Source of the DNA: Nitrospinaceae bacterium
GTDB lineage: Bacteria; Nitrospinota; Nitrospinia; Nitrospinales; Nitrospinaceae
Assembly (NCBI GenBank): GCA_965223665.1
Contig: OZ245011.1
Location: forward strand, 2,464,001 to 2,528,000
Length of the DNA stretch: 64,000 nt
Reading direction: 5' to 3'
Shown here: one piece after another, positions 30,074 through 41,546 of the stretch
Layout of the letters: every line of letters begins with the position of its first letter
How positions within the stretch are numbered: position 1 is the first letter of the stretch
Translations under genes and position numbers: made by a program
The notes under the pieces: model-generated
Databases searched by the model: none
The model's input: the letters and a program-made list of their open reading frames with translations, nothing else
Told to the model about the DNA's origin: nothing

Positions 30074-31545
30074 ATATAAAAGCGATCTTCAATGTCGTTG
30101 GTCTTCTTCTTATTTTACTTTCCGGGATTTTCATCCTTCCCATTGCAGTGGCATTTTATTATAAAGACCCAGCTTTAGAGGGATTTCACAGCCCCTTAGC
30201 CGCTTTTATATTCACATCTTTGTCATCGGGAATAACGGGATTTATACTTTGGAGAGCCTTGCCCTCAGGATTGGAAAAACTTCGAGATCGTGAAGGATTC
30301 GCCATTGTAGGTTTAGCTTGGATATTTATTTCCTTATTTGGTGCCCTTCCTTTTTATCTAACTGGCTCTACTCTAGAGTTTGTAGATGCTTACTTTGAAA
30401 GTATGAGTGGTTTTACCACCACGGGTGCTTCTATTTTGACCAATATTGATTCCCTTTCTAAGGGAATTTTATTTTGGCGCAATCTAATGCAATGGATGGG
30501 GGGAATGGGAATTATAATGTTGTCTTTAGCCATTTTCCCTGCATTAGGAATTGGAAGTTTTCATCTCTTTAAAGCCGAAATTCCCGGAGGCTCGACCGTT
30601 GAACGCATGCAGCCACGTTTGGCTGAAACCGCGAAAGTTCTATGGAAAACTTATGTAGCCTTGACACTTTTAGAAATAATTTTATTAAAAGCCGGAGGCA
30701 TGGATTGGTTTGATGCCATTTGTCATACATTTTCAACTGTTGCTACAGGTGGATTTTCCACTCACCAAGCAAGTATAGGCCATTTCAACAATCTTTATTT
30801 TGAATGCATAATAATTCTATTTATGTTTTTGGGTGGAATAAACTTTGCTTTACATTATCAATTCTTCGTTAACCGAAATATGGGTGCTGTGTTTGCCAAC
30901 CCTGAATTTCGATTTTACGTCCTAATGGTACTTATTTGTACAAGTATTGCCACCTACGGACTTTGGGATGGCCAAGACCAGGCAAGCCTTATACAATCTT
31001 TGAGAAGAGCTGCTTTTAATGTGGTCAGCATTAACACTACAACCGGATATGCAACAGATGACTTTAATCTTTGGCCGGATTATTTAAGAATGATGATGGT
31101 TGGATTAATGATGGTTGGGGGATGTTCGGGTTCAACCAGTGGCTCTTTTAAGGTAATTCGAATCATTGTAATTTTGAAAGTCATTTATAGAGAATTACAA
31201 AAATTAGTTCATCCCCGCGCTATCATTCGAATTAAGGTTGGTAAACGGGCGCTCGACCCGGATCATGTTACCAATGTAATGGCGCTATCAGGTTTGTTTT
31301 TGGGGCTTTCGGCTTTAGGTTTTTTACTTTTATCTTTAATGGGTGTCGATATGACATCTTCAATTACAGCGTCCATTGCTTCTATTTTCAATATCGGTCC
31401 GGGTTTGGGTCAAGTTGGGCCCGCAGGACACTATGCTGATTTACCCGATATGGGAAAATGGATCCTCATACTTTGGATGTTAATGGGACGGTTAGAAATT
31501 TATGGAATAATGCTATTGTTTCTTCCCATTACATGGAAAAAATAA
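30070..31545 (+). CDS. trkH: Trk K+ channel subunit
   Basis: FESMSGFTTTGAS, ATGGFS, TTTGY, GSTSG, NIGPG and GRLE. Confidence 0.96.
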   Translation: MNIKAIFNVVGLLLILLSGIFILPIAVAFYYKDPALEGFHSPLAAFIFTSLSSGITGFILWRALPSGLEKLRDREGFAIVGLAWIFISLFGALPFYLTGSTLEFVDAYFESMSGFTTTGASILTNIDSLSKGILFWRNLMQWMGGMGIIMLSLAIFPALGIGSFHLFKAEIPGGSTVERMQPRLAETAKVLWKTYVALTLLEIILLKAGGMDWFDAICHTFSTVATGGFSTHQASIGHFNNLYFECIIILFMFLGGINFALHYQFFVNRNMGAVFANPEFRFYVLMVLICTSIATYGLWDGQDQASLIQSLRRAAFNVVSINTTTGYATDDFNLWPDYLRMMMVGLMMVGGCSGSTSGSFKVIRIIVILKVIYRELQKLVHPRAIIRIKVGKRALDPDHVTNVMALSGLFLGLSALGFLLLSLMGVDMTSSITASIASIFNIGPGLGQVGPAGHYADLPDMGKWILILWMLMGRLEIYGIMLLFLPITWKK

Positions 31546-31680
31546 ATGGCAAAATTGAGTTAATGTTTTTTTTTGTAATATAAAATTATTCTTTCCAAAA
31601 TAATTGAGGTGGCCTTTCCATATTTCTGACCACCCCATCCTTATTTCAATTTTGTAAAGCTAAACTAAGAAAGATCCTCT

Positions 31681-32742
31681 CTAACGCCCGGCCCTCAATT
31701 CTTCTAACCAAGGCAGAGCAATTTCCAAGGCCTTCAAAGTTTCTGCAGTCAAACCTCCTTGAGAAAGACCATTATCTTTCTGAAATTTTAAGATTGCTTT
31801 TTGAGATCCAGCTCCCATGTCTCCATCTACAGAACCCTTATAAAATCCCCTTTCCTTAAGAGAGGCTTGAATTTGCTTAATTAAATCTACAGTAATATTT
31901 GTTTCACATAAAACCGGTCTCCAAGCCATTCTCTCCTCAGAGACTCTAACCACCTTAGTAACAGTCTGACTTTCTTCGGGAATAGGAATGTGATTCACTT
32001 TGGCAGGTTCCACCAATTTAGCCACTTTTTGTATTTTGTATTCGGCTGGAATTTCAATTTTCCTGGTAGTTGGAGGATTTGTCATTACTTGTCTTTTAAC
32101 AATCTTATACTCAGCTGGTATTTCAATTGTACGAGTTGTCACAGGTACTTTTAATATTCTTTTAGATACTGTCTTATAAGTGGCTGGAATTTCTTTTAAA
32201 CAAAGAATTTCTCCAGTAGTATGGTCAATCTTTTCAATTAACCCGTGCCCTTTTTCCCAAATAACATGTGCAGGTTTATCTATTACTTGTTCAGTGACGG
32301 TTTCATATTGCGCAGGCACGACTTCCAAACGCTCAGAAGCTTCTTTGACCAAAACATTTTCTTCGATCCATTCGTAAGTGGCAGGAACTATTTCCAACCT
32401 TTCAGAAGCTTCTTTTACCAAGACCTTTTCCTCAACAGTTTCGTAAACCGCAGGAATAATTTCTAACCGTTCAGATGCTTCTGATTTTAAAAGAGTAATA
32501 GTCTCGGTTTTATATTTAGCTGGAACCAGGACTCGTGTGTAGCATCCACCTGGCCTGGGGTTGGGTGGAAATAATTCAGACCCAGCATCAGCCCCTTGAG
32601 GTATATATTCCGTTTTGATAACTTTCCCACTAATTTCACTTTCAATGGGTTCAGCACCTACAAAGGAAAATCCTAGTAGGATTAACCCTACCATTAACAA
32701 TCCCATTATTGATCTTTTCTCAAGATATTTTGTCGGATTCAT
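31681..32742 (-). CDS. Secreted protein with 23-aa PAxY repeats and a C-terminal peptidoglycan-binding domain
   Basis: Signal peptide; eight PAxY-type repeats; PG_binding_1-like IQASLKERGFYKGSVDGDMG....AILKFQKDNGL. Confidence 0.88.
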   Translation of the reverse strand: MNPTKYLEKRSIMGLLMVGLILLGFSFVGAEPIESEISGKVIKTEYIPQGADAGSELFPPNPRPGGCYTRVLVPAKYKTETITLLKSEASERLEIIPAVYETVEEKVLVKEASERLEIVPATYEWIEENVLVKEASERLEVVPAQYETVTEQVIDKPAHVIWEKGHGLIEKIDHTTGEILCLKEIPATYKTVSKRILKVPVTTRTIEIPAEYKIVKRQVMTNPPTTRKIEIPAEYKIQKVAKLVEPAKVNHIPIPEESQTVTKVVRVSEERMAWRPVLCETNITVDLIKQIQASLKERGFYKGSVDGDMGAGSQKAILKFQKDNGLSQGGLTAETLKALEIALPWLEELRAGR

Positions 32743-33453
32743 TGAAATTCCTCCCTATAATTGATTGTTGGTCAATTCACCATCTAATGCTTTGTCTAAA
32801 AACCAAGACAATAATTCCATAGATATAACCTTTTTAGAGTACCTGATTTTATTACAAGCTCTTTCTGTTACGCAAGGAAATTCAATGTTCCTATATGGTC
32901 CCAACAGAAATTCGGAGTTAAAAGGTTTTAAATAACAATTGTTTAGTCTCTAAAAAAAATAACCTTTTATTGGTATCTTTTGGGACGTTTATTCTAAAAA
33001 TTAAATAATTTTATGCGCTTTTTAGGTTATTTGTTGTAACGGGGTGAGGTACGATTCAATAGAAAATAAGGGATAATTTGAATTTAAAAAATCAGGAATA
33101 CTACTTTTTCTTGATTGATTTTAATAAGGAATATAAAACTATTTTTCCTTACATTTAACAAAAGTTTGAAAATATTTTTCCGGAATATTTTACTATTTAC
33201 GTTTCAATGTTTGATTATTCTTAAATTGAGCCATTTTATTTAGGAGGTCCTCTGAACAGAAAAATTTTCATAACCCTTGATTTGATTTGATTTTGGTAGG
33301 GTAATCCTTTAGTATTCTCCTTTTTCTTATCTTATAAATTGAAGCATTGGGGAAATTATTTTCCTGAATCTCAATTTCTGCAAACAACCATTGATAACAT
33401 TTTTATTAATTTTATTTTGCATTAAAGACTTTCTTTAAAAAGGAAATTGGCTA

Positions 33454-35259
33454 ATGGAAACAAACTCCAATCCTTTAAAAATAACCGAAGTTGTCCTGAG
33501 GGATGCACACCAGTCCTTACTAGCGACTCGCATGAAAACTGAGGACATGCTTCCGATTGCTGAGAAATTGGACTCAGTAGGATTTTTCTCGCTAGAAATG
33601 TGGGGCGGAGCTACTTTTGATACCTGCATTCGATTCTTAAACGAAGACCCATGGGATAGAGTTCGTACTCTTAAAAAAAAGATGCCGAAAACTCCCTTTC
33701 AGATGTTGTTACGGGGACAAAACTGTGTGGGTTACCGGCATTATGCAGACGATATTGTTGAAAAGTTTGTAAAACAATCCGCAGATGTTGGTATTGATAT
33801 ATTTAGAATATTTGATGCTCTGAATGATTTAAGAAATATTGAAGTTGCTGTTAAAACTGCGAAAAAAGCAGGGGGAACCGTTGAAGGGTGTATTAGTTAT
33901 ACTGTAAGCCCCGTTCATAATAATGAACTTTATTTAAAAATGGCAAAGCAAATTGAAGAAATGGGTTCGGATATTCTTTGTATTAAGGACATGGCCGGGC
34001 TATTAACACCACAGGTTGCTGGTCCATTGATTAGAGAAATCAAAAAAACCATTAAAATTCCTGTACACCTACATTCACATGCAACCACTGGACTAGTCGG
34101 AATGAATATGCAATGTGCTATTGATGCAGGGGTAGATATGATAGACACTGCTATTTCAAGTCTATCGATGGGCACTTCCCATTATGCAACAGAATGCATA
34201 GTTGCGGCCCTGAAAGGAACTCCAAGAGATACCGGATTGGATCTTAGCCTTTTAGAAGAAATTGCTGATTATTTTAAAGAGGTTCGAAAAAATTACGCAG
34301 CCTTTGAAAGTAACTTTATTGGAGTCGATACGAAGATTCTAGAGTCTCAAATACCCGGGGGAATGATTTCGAATATGGAAAACCAATTGCGGGAACAAAA
34401 TGCTCTAGACAAAATGGATGAAGTTTTAAAAGAGGTGCCCCGAGTAAGAAAGGATTTGGGATATCCTCCATTGGTGACCCCTACCAGTCAAATTGTAGGA
34501 TCACAAGCAACACTAAATGTATTGACCGGAGAACGTTATAAAATCATTACCAAAGAAACACGTGAATGTGTCTTAGGAAAATATGGAAAACTTCCTGCAG
34601 AAATGGACGAAAGCCTTGTTCAAAAAGTAGCAAAAGATAAAAAAATAATTGATTGCCGTCCGGCTGATTTGTTAGTTCCAGAATGGGATACTATCAAGGA
34701 AGAAGCTGGGGATAAGGCCAAGTCAGATGAAGATTTACTTACTTACGCAATGTTTCCTAAAGTTGCGTTAAAGTTTTTCGAAACTCGCGGAAAGCCACAA
34801 CCAGAAACGGTTCCTCCATCGGGCAATGGTCAAAAAGCCGCACCAGCACCAACGAGTGCGCCTCCGCCCGCGGCACAAGTTGCCTCTCCACCTCAAGGTC
34901 CTGCGGTTTATAATGTAACTGTCAATGGACGACCATATACAGTTGAAGTTGGAGGAAGTCCAGGAGTTCCTGTAACGCCAACAGCCACTCCACCACCCGC
35001 TGCACCCGCAGCCCCAGTTGCCGCCCCAGCTCCAGCAGGTGGTGCAGCCAAAGCAATCACCGCTCCCTTACCAGGGTCTGTTTTTGCTATTAAAGTTAAT
35101 GTTGGAGACACAGTTAATGAGGGAGACACGGTAATTATTTTGGAATCGATGAAAATGGAAACCGAGGTTCATTCCAATGTATCGGGAACTGTCGATTCTA
35201 TTTTGGTTCAAGAGGGTGCAAATATTCAGACCGGTGATCAATTGATCTTAATTGCGTAA
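33454..35259 (+). CDS. oadA: Na+-translocating oxaloacetate decarboxylase alpha subunit (carboxyltransferase plus biotin carrier)
   Basis: [44 protein letters not shown], Pro/Ala linkers and the biotinylation motif ESMKM. Confidence 0.9.
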   Translation: METNSNPLKITEVVLRDAHQSLLATRMKTEDMLPIAEKLDSVGFFSLEMWGGATFDTCIRFLNEDPWDRVRTLKKKMPKTPFQMLLRGQNCVGYRHYADDIVEKFVKQSADVGIDIFRIFDALNDLRNIEVAVKTAKKAGGTVEGCISYTVSPVHNNELYLKMAKQIEEMGSDILCIKDMAGLLTPQVAGPLIREIKKTIKIPVHLHSHATTGLVGMNMQCAIDAGVDMIDTAISSLSMGTSHYATECIVAALKGTPRDTGLDLSLLEEIADYFKEVRKNYAAFESNFIGVDTKILESQIPGGMISNMENQLREQNALDKMDEVLKEVPRVRKDLGYPPLVTPTSQIVGSQATLNVLTGERYKIITKETRECVLGKYGKLPAEMDESLVQKVAKDKKIIDCRPADLLVPEWDTIKEEAGDKAKSDEDLLTYAMFPKVALKFFETRGKPQPETVPPSGNGQKAAPAPTSAPPPAAQVASPPQGPAVYNVTVNGRPYTVEVGGSPGVPVTPTATPPPAAPAAPVAAPAPAGGAAKAITAPLPGSVFAIKVNVGDTVNEGDTVIILESMKMETEVHSNVSGTVDSILVQEGANIQTGDQLILIA

Positions 35260-36461
35260 TGGAATTCAATCTACAAGAAGCTATATCTAAAATACTGAGC
35301 TCCACTGGTTTTCTAGGGTTAACTCCCGGACATTGCGTTATGCTGGCAGTGGCTTGTGCTCTCATTTATCTGGCTATATGGAAAAAGTTTGAGCCCTTAC
35401 TTTTGTTGCCAATTGGTTTTGGCTGCATGTTAGCTAATTTACCGTTTAGCATGATGGCCAGTACAGATGCCGGAGGTTTGTTTAATACTTTTTATTATGG
35501 AGTTAAACATGAAATTCTCCCCCCACTAATTTTCATGGGGGTAGGTGCACTTACAGATTTTGGCCCCTTATTAGCCAATCCAACGACTTTATTATTAGGA
35601 GCTGCAGCTCAAATTGGAGTATACACCACCTTAGTGGGGGCTGTATATTTAGGATTTGATTTAAAAGAAGCCAGCGCTATAGGGATAATTGGGGGTGCAG
35701 ATGGACCCACTTCAATTTTTTTAGCGGCTAAATTGGCTCCTCATTTATTAGGGCCCATTGCCGTTGCGGCATACTCATACATGTCTTTGGTTCCTCTAAT
35801 TCAGCCTCCTATAATGCGTTTTTTCACTTCCGAAAAAGAACGCAAGATTAAAATGGAGCAATTAAAACCTATTTCCCAAACTGTTAAAATCATATTTCCA
35901 GTAGCTGTTACAATTATTTGTGTATTAATGTTACCTGGAGTAGCTCCTTTGTTGGGAATGTTTATGCTGGGAAATATTTTTCGTGAAAGTGGTGTCACAG
36001 GTCGATTAAATGAAACCGCACAAACTCATTTAATTAATATTGTTACCATTATGCTAGCCACTGCCGTTGGATCCTCTATGACTGCTGAAACATTCTTAAC
36101 TCTAGATACAATAAAGATTATTGTTTTAGGACTACTGGCATTTATTATGGCAACTGCGGGTGGGGTTCTCTTTGGAAAAATCATGTGTGTGATTAGCGGA
36201 GGAAAAGTTAATCCATTAATTGGATCTGCGGGGGTTTCTGCGGTTCCCATGGCAGCACGGGTTTCTCAAAAAGTTGGCCAAGAGGAGGATAAATCAAATT
36301 TTCTTTTAATGCATGCTATGGGTCCCAACGTGGCAGGGGTTATTGGTAGTGCGGTGGCAGCAGGTGTTTTTCTCTCTTTATTTGGTGGTCCTTCGGATGC
36401 GGGTACTTCGCACGCTACATTAGAAACGTTACAAGTTGTAAAATCTACTTTAGGAAAATAA
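35259..36461 (+). CDS. oadB: Na+-translocating decarboxylase beta subunit
   Basis: [38 protein letters not shown] and [13 protein letters not shown]. Confidence 0.95.
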   Translation: MEFNLQEAISKILSSTGFLGLTPGHCVMLAVACALIYLAIWKKFEPLLLLPIGFGCMLANLPFSMMASTDAGGLFNTFYYGVKHEILPPLIFMGVGALTDFGPLLANPTTLLLGAAAQIGVYTTLVGAVYLGFDLKEASAIGIIGGADGPTSIFLAAKLAPHLLGPIAVAAYSYMSLVPLIQPPIMRFFTSEKERKIKMEQLKPISQTVKIIFPVAVTIICVLMLPGVAPLLGMFMLGNIFRESGVTGRLNETAQTHLINIVTIMLATAVGSSMTAETFLTLDTIKIIVLGLLAFIMATAGGVLFGKIMCVISGGKVNPLIGSAGVSAVPMAARVSQKVGQEEDKSNFLLMHAMGPNVAGVIGSAVAAGVFLSLFGGPSDAGTSHATLETLQVVKSTLGK

Positions 36462-36464
36462 TTA

Positions 36465-36737
36465 ATGGTTTGGAACTCTATTCAGGTATCTTTTTTAGCC
36501 ATGGGTGTTATTTTTTTGGTTTTGTCCTCACTCATTGGCGTCATCAAATTATTAGATAAATTAATACCCTATAAAGCGCCTCCACCTGCTCCTCCTAAAC
36601 CTTCACCTACCCGGGCCAAGCCACAAACTTCCCCTTCGGAAGATGAAGAACATATTGCCGCCATTCAAGCCGTTTTAGCCTTTCATTTAGGTAAACAACC
36701 GCAACAAATTCATGTTTCTAATATTCAGGACCGATAA
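36465..36737 (+). CDS. oadG: Decarboxylase gamma subunit (OadG family)
   Basis: MGVIFLVL TM helix, Pro-rich linker and EEHIAAIQAVL. Confidence 0.85.
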   Translation: MVWNSIQVSFLAMGVIFLVLSSLIGVIKLLDKLIPYKAPPPAPPKPSPTRAKPQTSPSEDEEHIAAIQAVLAFHLGKQPQQIHVSNIQDR

Positions 36738-36749
36738 TTTATAAACTTT

Positions 36750-39700
36750 TTACTTACTTCCTATAGAAGAGGGAACAGATAGGATATTTTGTGGAGTTTG
36801 TAAAAGACTTTTTAAGGTTCCAACCACTTTTTTCCCAAGAGTGGTTAAAGGTACAGAACTGACCTTAGGGTCCACAAAAGGACCTTTCACGGAATAATAA
36901 TTTTTTATTACACTTCCCTCATCTCCCCCGGTAACTATTTTTCCCACTACAGGAATCTTTTTAAAAAAATCATCCAAACCCTTTAAAGGAGCCACACCAA
37001 TTACTGTATTCATTGTATTTTTATTTAGGTCAAAGTTCCCAATTAAGGAAAACTTTTGGTTAGGATTTTCGTAGTAAAAATTCTCCGTATGAGCAATACC
37101 CCCAACCACATCAAAGTCTCCTGAAATCTTAATAAAATCCGAACTGGGAGATTTCAAGCGTTCCATGTTTTCATGTTCATCCAAAGGAAAACCAAACAAC
37201 TGACAAGCTCCATTCATCAACCTACCTACATGAATCTTACCTTTATCAATTATGAAATGGATATGCCCACCTAAATTTCTTTTGAAATCGCTCCAATTCC
37301 AACTTGTACTTTGAAAATCTAACTTTAAATATTTCATTTCTCCTGTCAGACTTTGATAAAACAAATCCTTAAAAATCCGGAAAAAACCTTTACTCTTTAT
37401 CTGGTTTCCTGTAATAGATCCCTGCCATTTGGGTTCCTCAAGGTTTCTTAAATTCAAAACGGCATTCATCATAAGTTGACTTTCTTTTGGCAACCCAACA
37501 ACCAATTTTTTTGTTTCAAGCATTCTATTTTTATAATAAAATTTTCCTCTAACATTTTTTAAGTCCAAAAAGGGATCCGAATAATCAGCCAAATTTACTT
37601 GAATTTTTGCAGAACCATTATCGAGAATACCCAAATTCAAAATTTTTCTTAAAACTGATTCCCTTGACTCTGAATTATCAAATGAAATAAAATCATCCAA
37701 CCGTAATATTTTTCCACCAATCTTGAGATCAGCTTGTGGAAATTTACTCATAAATATTTCTGATTCGATATCAATGTTTGTCCTACCAGAAATAAGGTTA
37801 CCGTTTTTAAACTCGAAATTTGAATTCAAAAATTTCAAGTTACCGCTCAATTGGACAGGCCGAATCAAATAAGGAGTTTTTATTTTCCAATTTTTTAATA
37901 CCAGGTCACCTTTATATTGATATTCCTCAGGTTTATCAAAAGCTCCCTCGCTATGTAATTCAAAATCAGCCAGACCCTGTTGAGTTCCATTTAGCAGATC
38001 AAAATAGGAAGAAAAAGAACGAAGGTTAATATTTCTAGAACCCAAATTTAATTTAAACTCCGGTTTTTCGAATCCAATGATATTGCCGCTCCCCAAGATT
38101 TTATTTCCATCTAATTCAATTTCCAATTTGTTAAAAATAATTTCTCCCTTGGGATCTAATTTTGCAAAGGCCTCAATATGGTTAGATACTTTTTCAGGCT
38201 TTGAAAACTTTTCAGGAAAGCTATAGGACGTATTAGTTAAATCAATATGACTCTCAATATTCATTTCACTTTTAAGGAAATTAACCCCTACCGAAACATT
38301 AGCAGGTCCAGCATAGTCTACTTTTCTCAATATAGGAATGTCCTTAAAATCTTTGCTCATAAAATCTGATGATTGAAATAAAATCTTCATATTAGATTTT
38401 TTTCCTTTATACCCACTAATTTCTCCCTCCAAATGGATAGGTGAATCTCCATAAAAAGCCTTTTGAGTTTTGATTGAAACTTTTTGGTCATTCCATTCCA
38501 ATAATGCATTCAACTGATTTATGGGTCGAAATCCATTAATATAATTGAAGGATGCATTTTTTAATTGGATATGCGACTTTTTCAAGCGTCTATCTTTTAA
38601 GGGATGAAGTCCCTCCTCATAATAAAAGTCTGCCTCCCCGTTTAAAAATTTGATTTTTTTTATAATTTTTACCAGTTGTGGATTAGTATCTTCAGGAAGT
38701 AGGTGTTGGGCATTCCAATTTTTCCATTCAAAGGTCCCTTGGTATTTTTGATTAGGTACTCTTTTTTTAATGTATATTTCTCCATTAAATTTTTTAACTA
38801 GCAATCCAGAGTATTCTCCAGAAAACTTCTTTAAAAAAATCTCCCACGGTCTTTTAATAACATCCTGATTAGATAGTTTGAGCTTCATTGGGTCAGTTTC
38901 AAATTCAACTTCTCCTTGAACATTGGTGAATGGATGAGTAAAACTTTTTTCTTCTATATAAGTATCACTTATGTTAATTTTTCCTTGAATGCCTATATCC
39001 TCAGGCCTTAAAGGACCCGTTACATTTATTGCCCCTTGAAATTTTCCCAAAAGTTTTTCGACTCCATAACCAAATTCCTTGGAATCTTTAAAAGGGAACA
39101 AATAAAAAACTACTTCCTCTAAGTTAGTAAGACTCCCCGCACCACTAATTATTAAATCTAAATTGGGATCGTATCCAACATCAGTTATTTTTCCTTCTAT
39201 TTTTAAACCTTTTAGTTTCCTAAAGTCCGCTGTTTGTATTTCCAAAAATGAAGTTTCCTTTTCAAATTGATATTTTCCAACTAAATGCCTGAGCTCAGGA
39301 AATTCGGGACCTAAATCCACACGATTAAAATTTAAATTTACCCTCAATTTTCGTCGATTTTCAGGATGGATTACTTCAAGAAATTGCTCAAATGATCCTT
39401 CATATTTAAGTGATTCAATAATTAATTTTCCTTTGGAAAAACACTTAAGAAACTTTTTAAAAACCGCTTCGGGTAAAATTTGGAAGGGTAAATAATGAAG
39501 CGAATTTTCTATAAAAAATTCATTTGAGGAAAGGGATCCATTTATTTTGGGATTACTAGAAAACACATCACTTATTTCGCCTGTTGCATCTACTTGAAAA
39601 GAACCCCCAAGATAAGTCAATTCATTAAAAAAAATGCTTTCATCTTCGAATTTCATTTCAAATTGAACTTTTTCTCCCACCGGAGTGTTTGCTTGTGAAA

Positions 39701-40589
39701 TATACTCACCACTATTATCAACTTCATCCCAAATCTCAATTACTCCTCTAGACAAATTGCTTTTTAGCAAAACTCCCTTAATTTCACATTCAATATTTAT
39801 TAATCGTGTTCTAGGAATTTGAGAGAGAAGTTGTGATCCATAAGGCTCTAATGTTTTCAAACCCAATTTTTCTATTTTAACGCTTGCTGAATAATTGGCT
39901 TGTTTAGAACCGAGGAGTGAAGAAAGTTTAATTTTCCCATCAAATGAAATGGAGGATTTTATTTTCTCCCCATCATAGGGTGGAATTTCACCATTTAATT
40001 GAAAAGCTATATTTGAACTTAAAAAAGGCTTCTTCAAATTTAAAGAAATATTATCAATGGGTATGAGGACACCTTGGGGTTTGTTTACAAAACGATCTTC
40101 AAATAAAATCCGGCTATCTTTCAACTTTAATTCATAACTCAAACTGGTTTGCCAAAGAGAAAATGATGATGCCTTCTTAAATTTTGGGATGGAATAAGAT
40201 CCTCCAAATGAAATATTACCCAATTCATTTCTAATCACCTTTAAAAAAACCCCCTCCCCCTCCAGTCTTTTAATCCGAATATTTCTTTTTAATAAATGTA
40301 TCAACCGTATTGCGATTTGAATTTTCTCTGCCGACCCATCAATTTGACCATTCTCTTTATTTCTAAACTTCACCTGATTCAGTCGAATTTTAAAGATTTC
40401 TGATATTTCAAAATCAGCCTCCGTTAAAGAAACCTCTTTTTGTGTAATTCGACTAAGTTCTTCTACTACCAGTTGTCTAATAAGTTCTTTATCACTAAGC
40501 TGATAATATAAAACCAACGCTCCCACCAATAAAACTAAGCATATTACTAGGGTTAAACTAAAGAAGATTTTTTTAATAACTCGTCGCAT
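36750..40589 (-). CDS. AsmA/YhdP-like lipid-bridge protein
   Basis: N-terminal TM helix; AsmA_2-like C-terminus F.KISGDFDV.GG..HTENF...PL..LD...KIPVVG......YYSVKGPFVDPKV. Confidence 0.85.
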   Translation of the reverse strand: MRRVIKKIFFSLTLVICLVLLVGALVLYYQLSDKELIRQLVVEELSRITQKEVSLTEADFEISEIFKIRLNQVKFRNKENGQIDGSAEKIQIAIRLIHLLKRNIRIKRLEGEGVFLKVIRNELGNISFGGSYSIPKFKKASSFSLWQTSLSYELKLKDSRILFEDRFVNKPQGVLIPIDNISLNLKKPFLSSNIAFQLNGEIPPYDGEKIKSSISFDGKIKLSSLLGSKQANYSASVKIEKLGLKTLEPYGSQLLSQIPRTRLINIECEIKGVLLKSNLSRGVIEIWDEVDNSGEYISQANTPVGEKVQFEMKFEDESIFFNELTYLGGSFQVDATGEISDVFSSNPKINGSLSSNEFFIENSLHYLPFQILPEAVFKKFLKCFSKGKLIIESLKYEGSFEQFLEVIHPENRRKLRVNLNFNRVDLGPEFPELRHLVGKYQFEKETSFLEIQTADFRKLKGLKIEGKITDVGYDPNLDLIISGAGSLTNLEEVVFYLFPFKDSKEFGYGVEKLLGKFQGAINVTGPLRPEDIGIQGKINISDTYIEEKSFTHPFTNVQGEVEFETDPMKLKLSNQDVIKRPWEIFLKKFSGEYSGLLVKKFNGEIYIKKRVPNQKYQGTFEWKNWNAQHLLPEDTNPQLVKIIKKIKFLNGEADFYYEEGLHPLKDRRLKKSHIQLKNASFNYINGFRPINQLNALLEWNDQKVSIKTQKAFYGDSPIHLEGEISGYKGKKSNMKILFQSSDFMSKDFKDIPILRKVDYAGPANVSVGVNFLKSEMNIESHIDLTNTSYSFPEKFSKPEKVSNHIEAFAKLDPKGEIIFNKLEIELDGNKILGSGNIIGFEKPEFKLNLGSRNINLRSFSSYFDLLNGTQQGLADFELHSEGAFDKPEEYQYKGDLVLKNWKIKTPYLIRPVQLSGNLKFLNSNFEFKNGNLISGRTNIDIESEIFMSKFPQADLKIGGKILRLDDFISFDNSESRESVLRKILNLGILDNGSAKIQVNLADYSDPFLDLKNVRGKFYYKNRMLETKKLVVGLPKESQLMMNAVLNLRNLEEPKWQGSITGNQIKSKGFFRIFKDLFYQSLTGEMKYLKLDFQSTSWNWSDFKRNLGGHIHFIIDKGKIHVGRLMNGACQLFGFPLDEHENMERLKSPSSDFIKISGDFDVVGGIAHTENFYYENPNQKFSLIGNFDLNKNTMNTVIGVAPLKGLDDFFKKIPVVGKIVTGGDEGSVIKNYYSVKGPFVDPKVSSVPLTTLGKKVVGTLKSLLQTPQNILSVPSSIGSK

Positions 40590-40758
40590 TTAAATTGGGA
40601 AAAGTATGGAGTGTATTAAAAATGTAGGGTAATTGCCTGATTGGAGTATATCAAATCAAAACTACTTAATTTAAAGAAAACCTTTGGCATCCTTTAATAG
40701 TAACTATATTATTAACAAGGGGAAAATAAAAACATTATAAAGGATTTAAATTGTAACC

Positions 40759-41544
40759 ATGAGTCAAAAAACTCAGGATATTCTTTACGGAATTCACCCT
40801 ATTGAAAGCGCTTTAAAAAATCCAGGCCGACAATGCCACAAGATCGTTCTTGAAGAAGGCAAGCCAAATGAACGCTTAAGTTCCTTAATTTCTTACGCAA
40901 AAAAAATGGGAGTTCGCATAGAATTCCTTCCCAAAAACCCATTTCGAAAAAAATATGGCGCTCATGTACATCAAGGTATTATCGGAATTTTTTCTCCTAT
41001 TAAATTACTCGAACTGGAAGAATTTCTAGATTCCGTTTTTCAAATCACCCCAAATCCTATTATAGCGCTATTAGATGAAATTCAAGATCCTCAAAACATG
41101 GGAGCCATTATTCGTTCCGCCTACTTTTTAGGTATCCAAGGAATCATTATTCCAAAAAGAAGGACTGTACCTTTGAATAAAACAGTTGCTAAATGCGCTT
41201 CCGGTGCATTGGAGTATTTGCCGGTGGCTGAGGTCACCAATTTGGCAAGAACAATTGAAAAATTAAAGAAATCTCAATTCTGGATAATTGGGATTGATGC
41301 AAAAGGGGAGCGTCCCTGCTTTGATATGGATTTCAAGGAACCCACAGCATTAATAATTGGTGGGGAAAATAAAGGAATTCGACCCTTAATCAAAAAGTCT
41401 TGCGATGTTTCCATTTCGATACCAATGGCGAATTTATCTGGTTCACTAAACGCCTCAGTGGCAGGTTCAATTATTTTTTATGAAATATTAAGACAACGGA
41501 AGAGTTTGTCAGGATCTCCACAGATTAAAAAACCGGAGGGTTAA
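40759..41544 (+). CDS. rlmB: 23S rRNA Gm2251 methyltransferase (SPOUT)
   Basis: YGIHPI, HQG, LDEIQDPQNMGAIIRSA, GGENKG and SLNASVA. Confidence 0.92.
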   Translation: MSQKTQDILYGIHPIESALKNPGRQCHKIVLEEGKPNERLSSLISYAKKMGVRIEFLPKNPFRKKYGAHVHQGIIGIFSPIKLLELEEFLDSVFQITPNPIIALLDEIQDPQNMGAIIRSAYFLGIQGIIIPKRRTVPLNKTVAKCASGALEYLPVAEVTNLARTIEKLKKSQFWIIGIDAKGERPCFDMDFKEPTALIIGGENKGIRPLIKKSCDVSISIPMANLSGSLNASVAGSIIFYEILRQRKSLSGSPQIKKPEG

Positions 41545-41546
41545 AA

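Noticed and set aside
32743-33453. Na+ riboswitch or sRNA upstream of oadA
   Set aside because: Only short AT-rich hairpins and a TTGAT triplet; I cannot support a motif by eye.
33454-35259. Pyruvate carboxylase B or 2-oxoglutarate carboxylase subunit
   Set aside because: It is coupled to oadB/oadG and has no adjacent biotin carboxylase.
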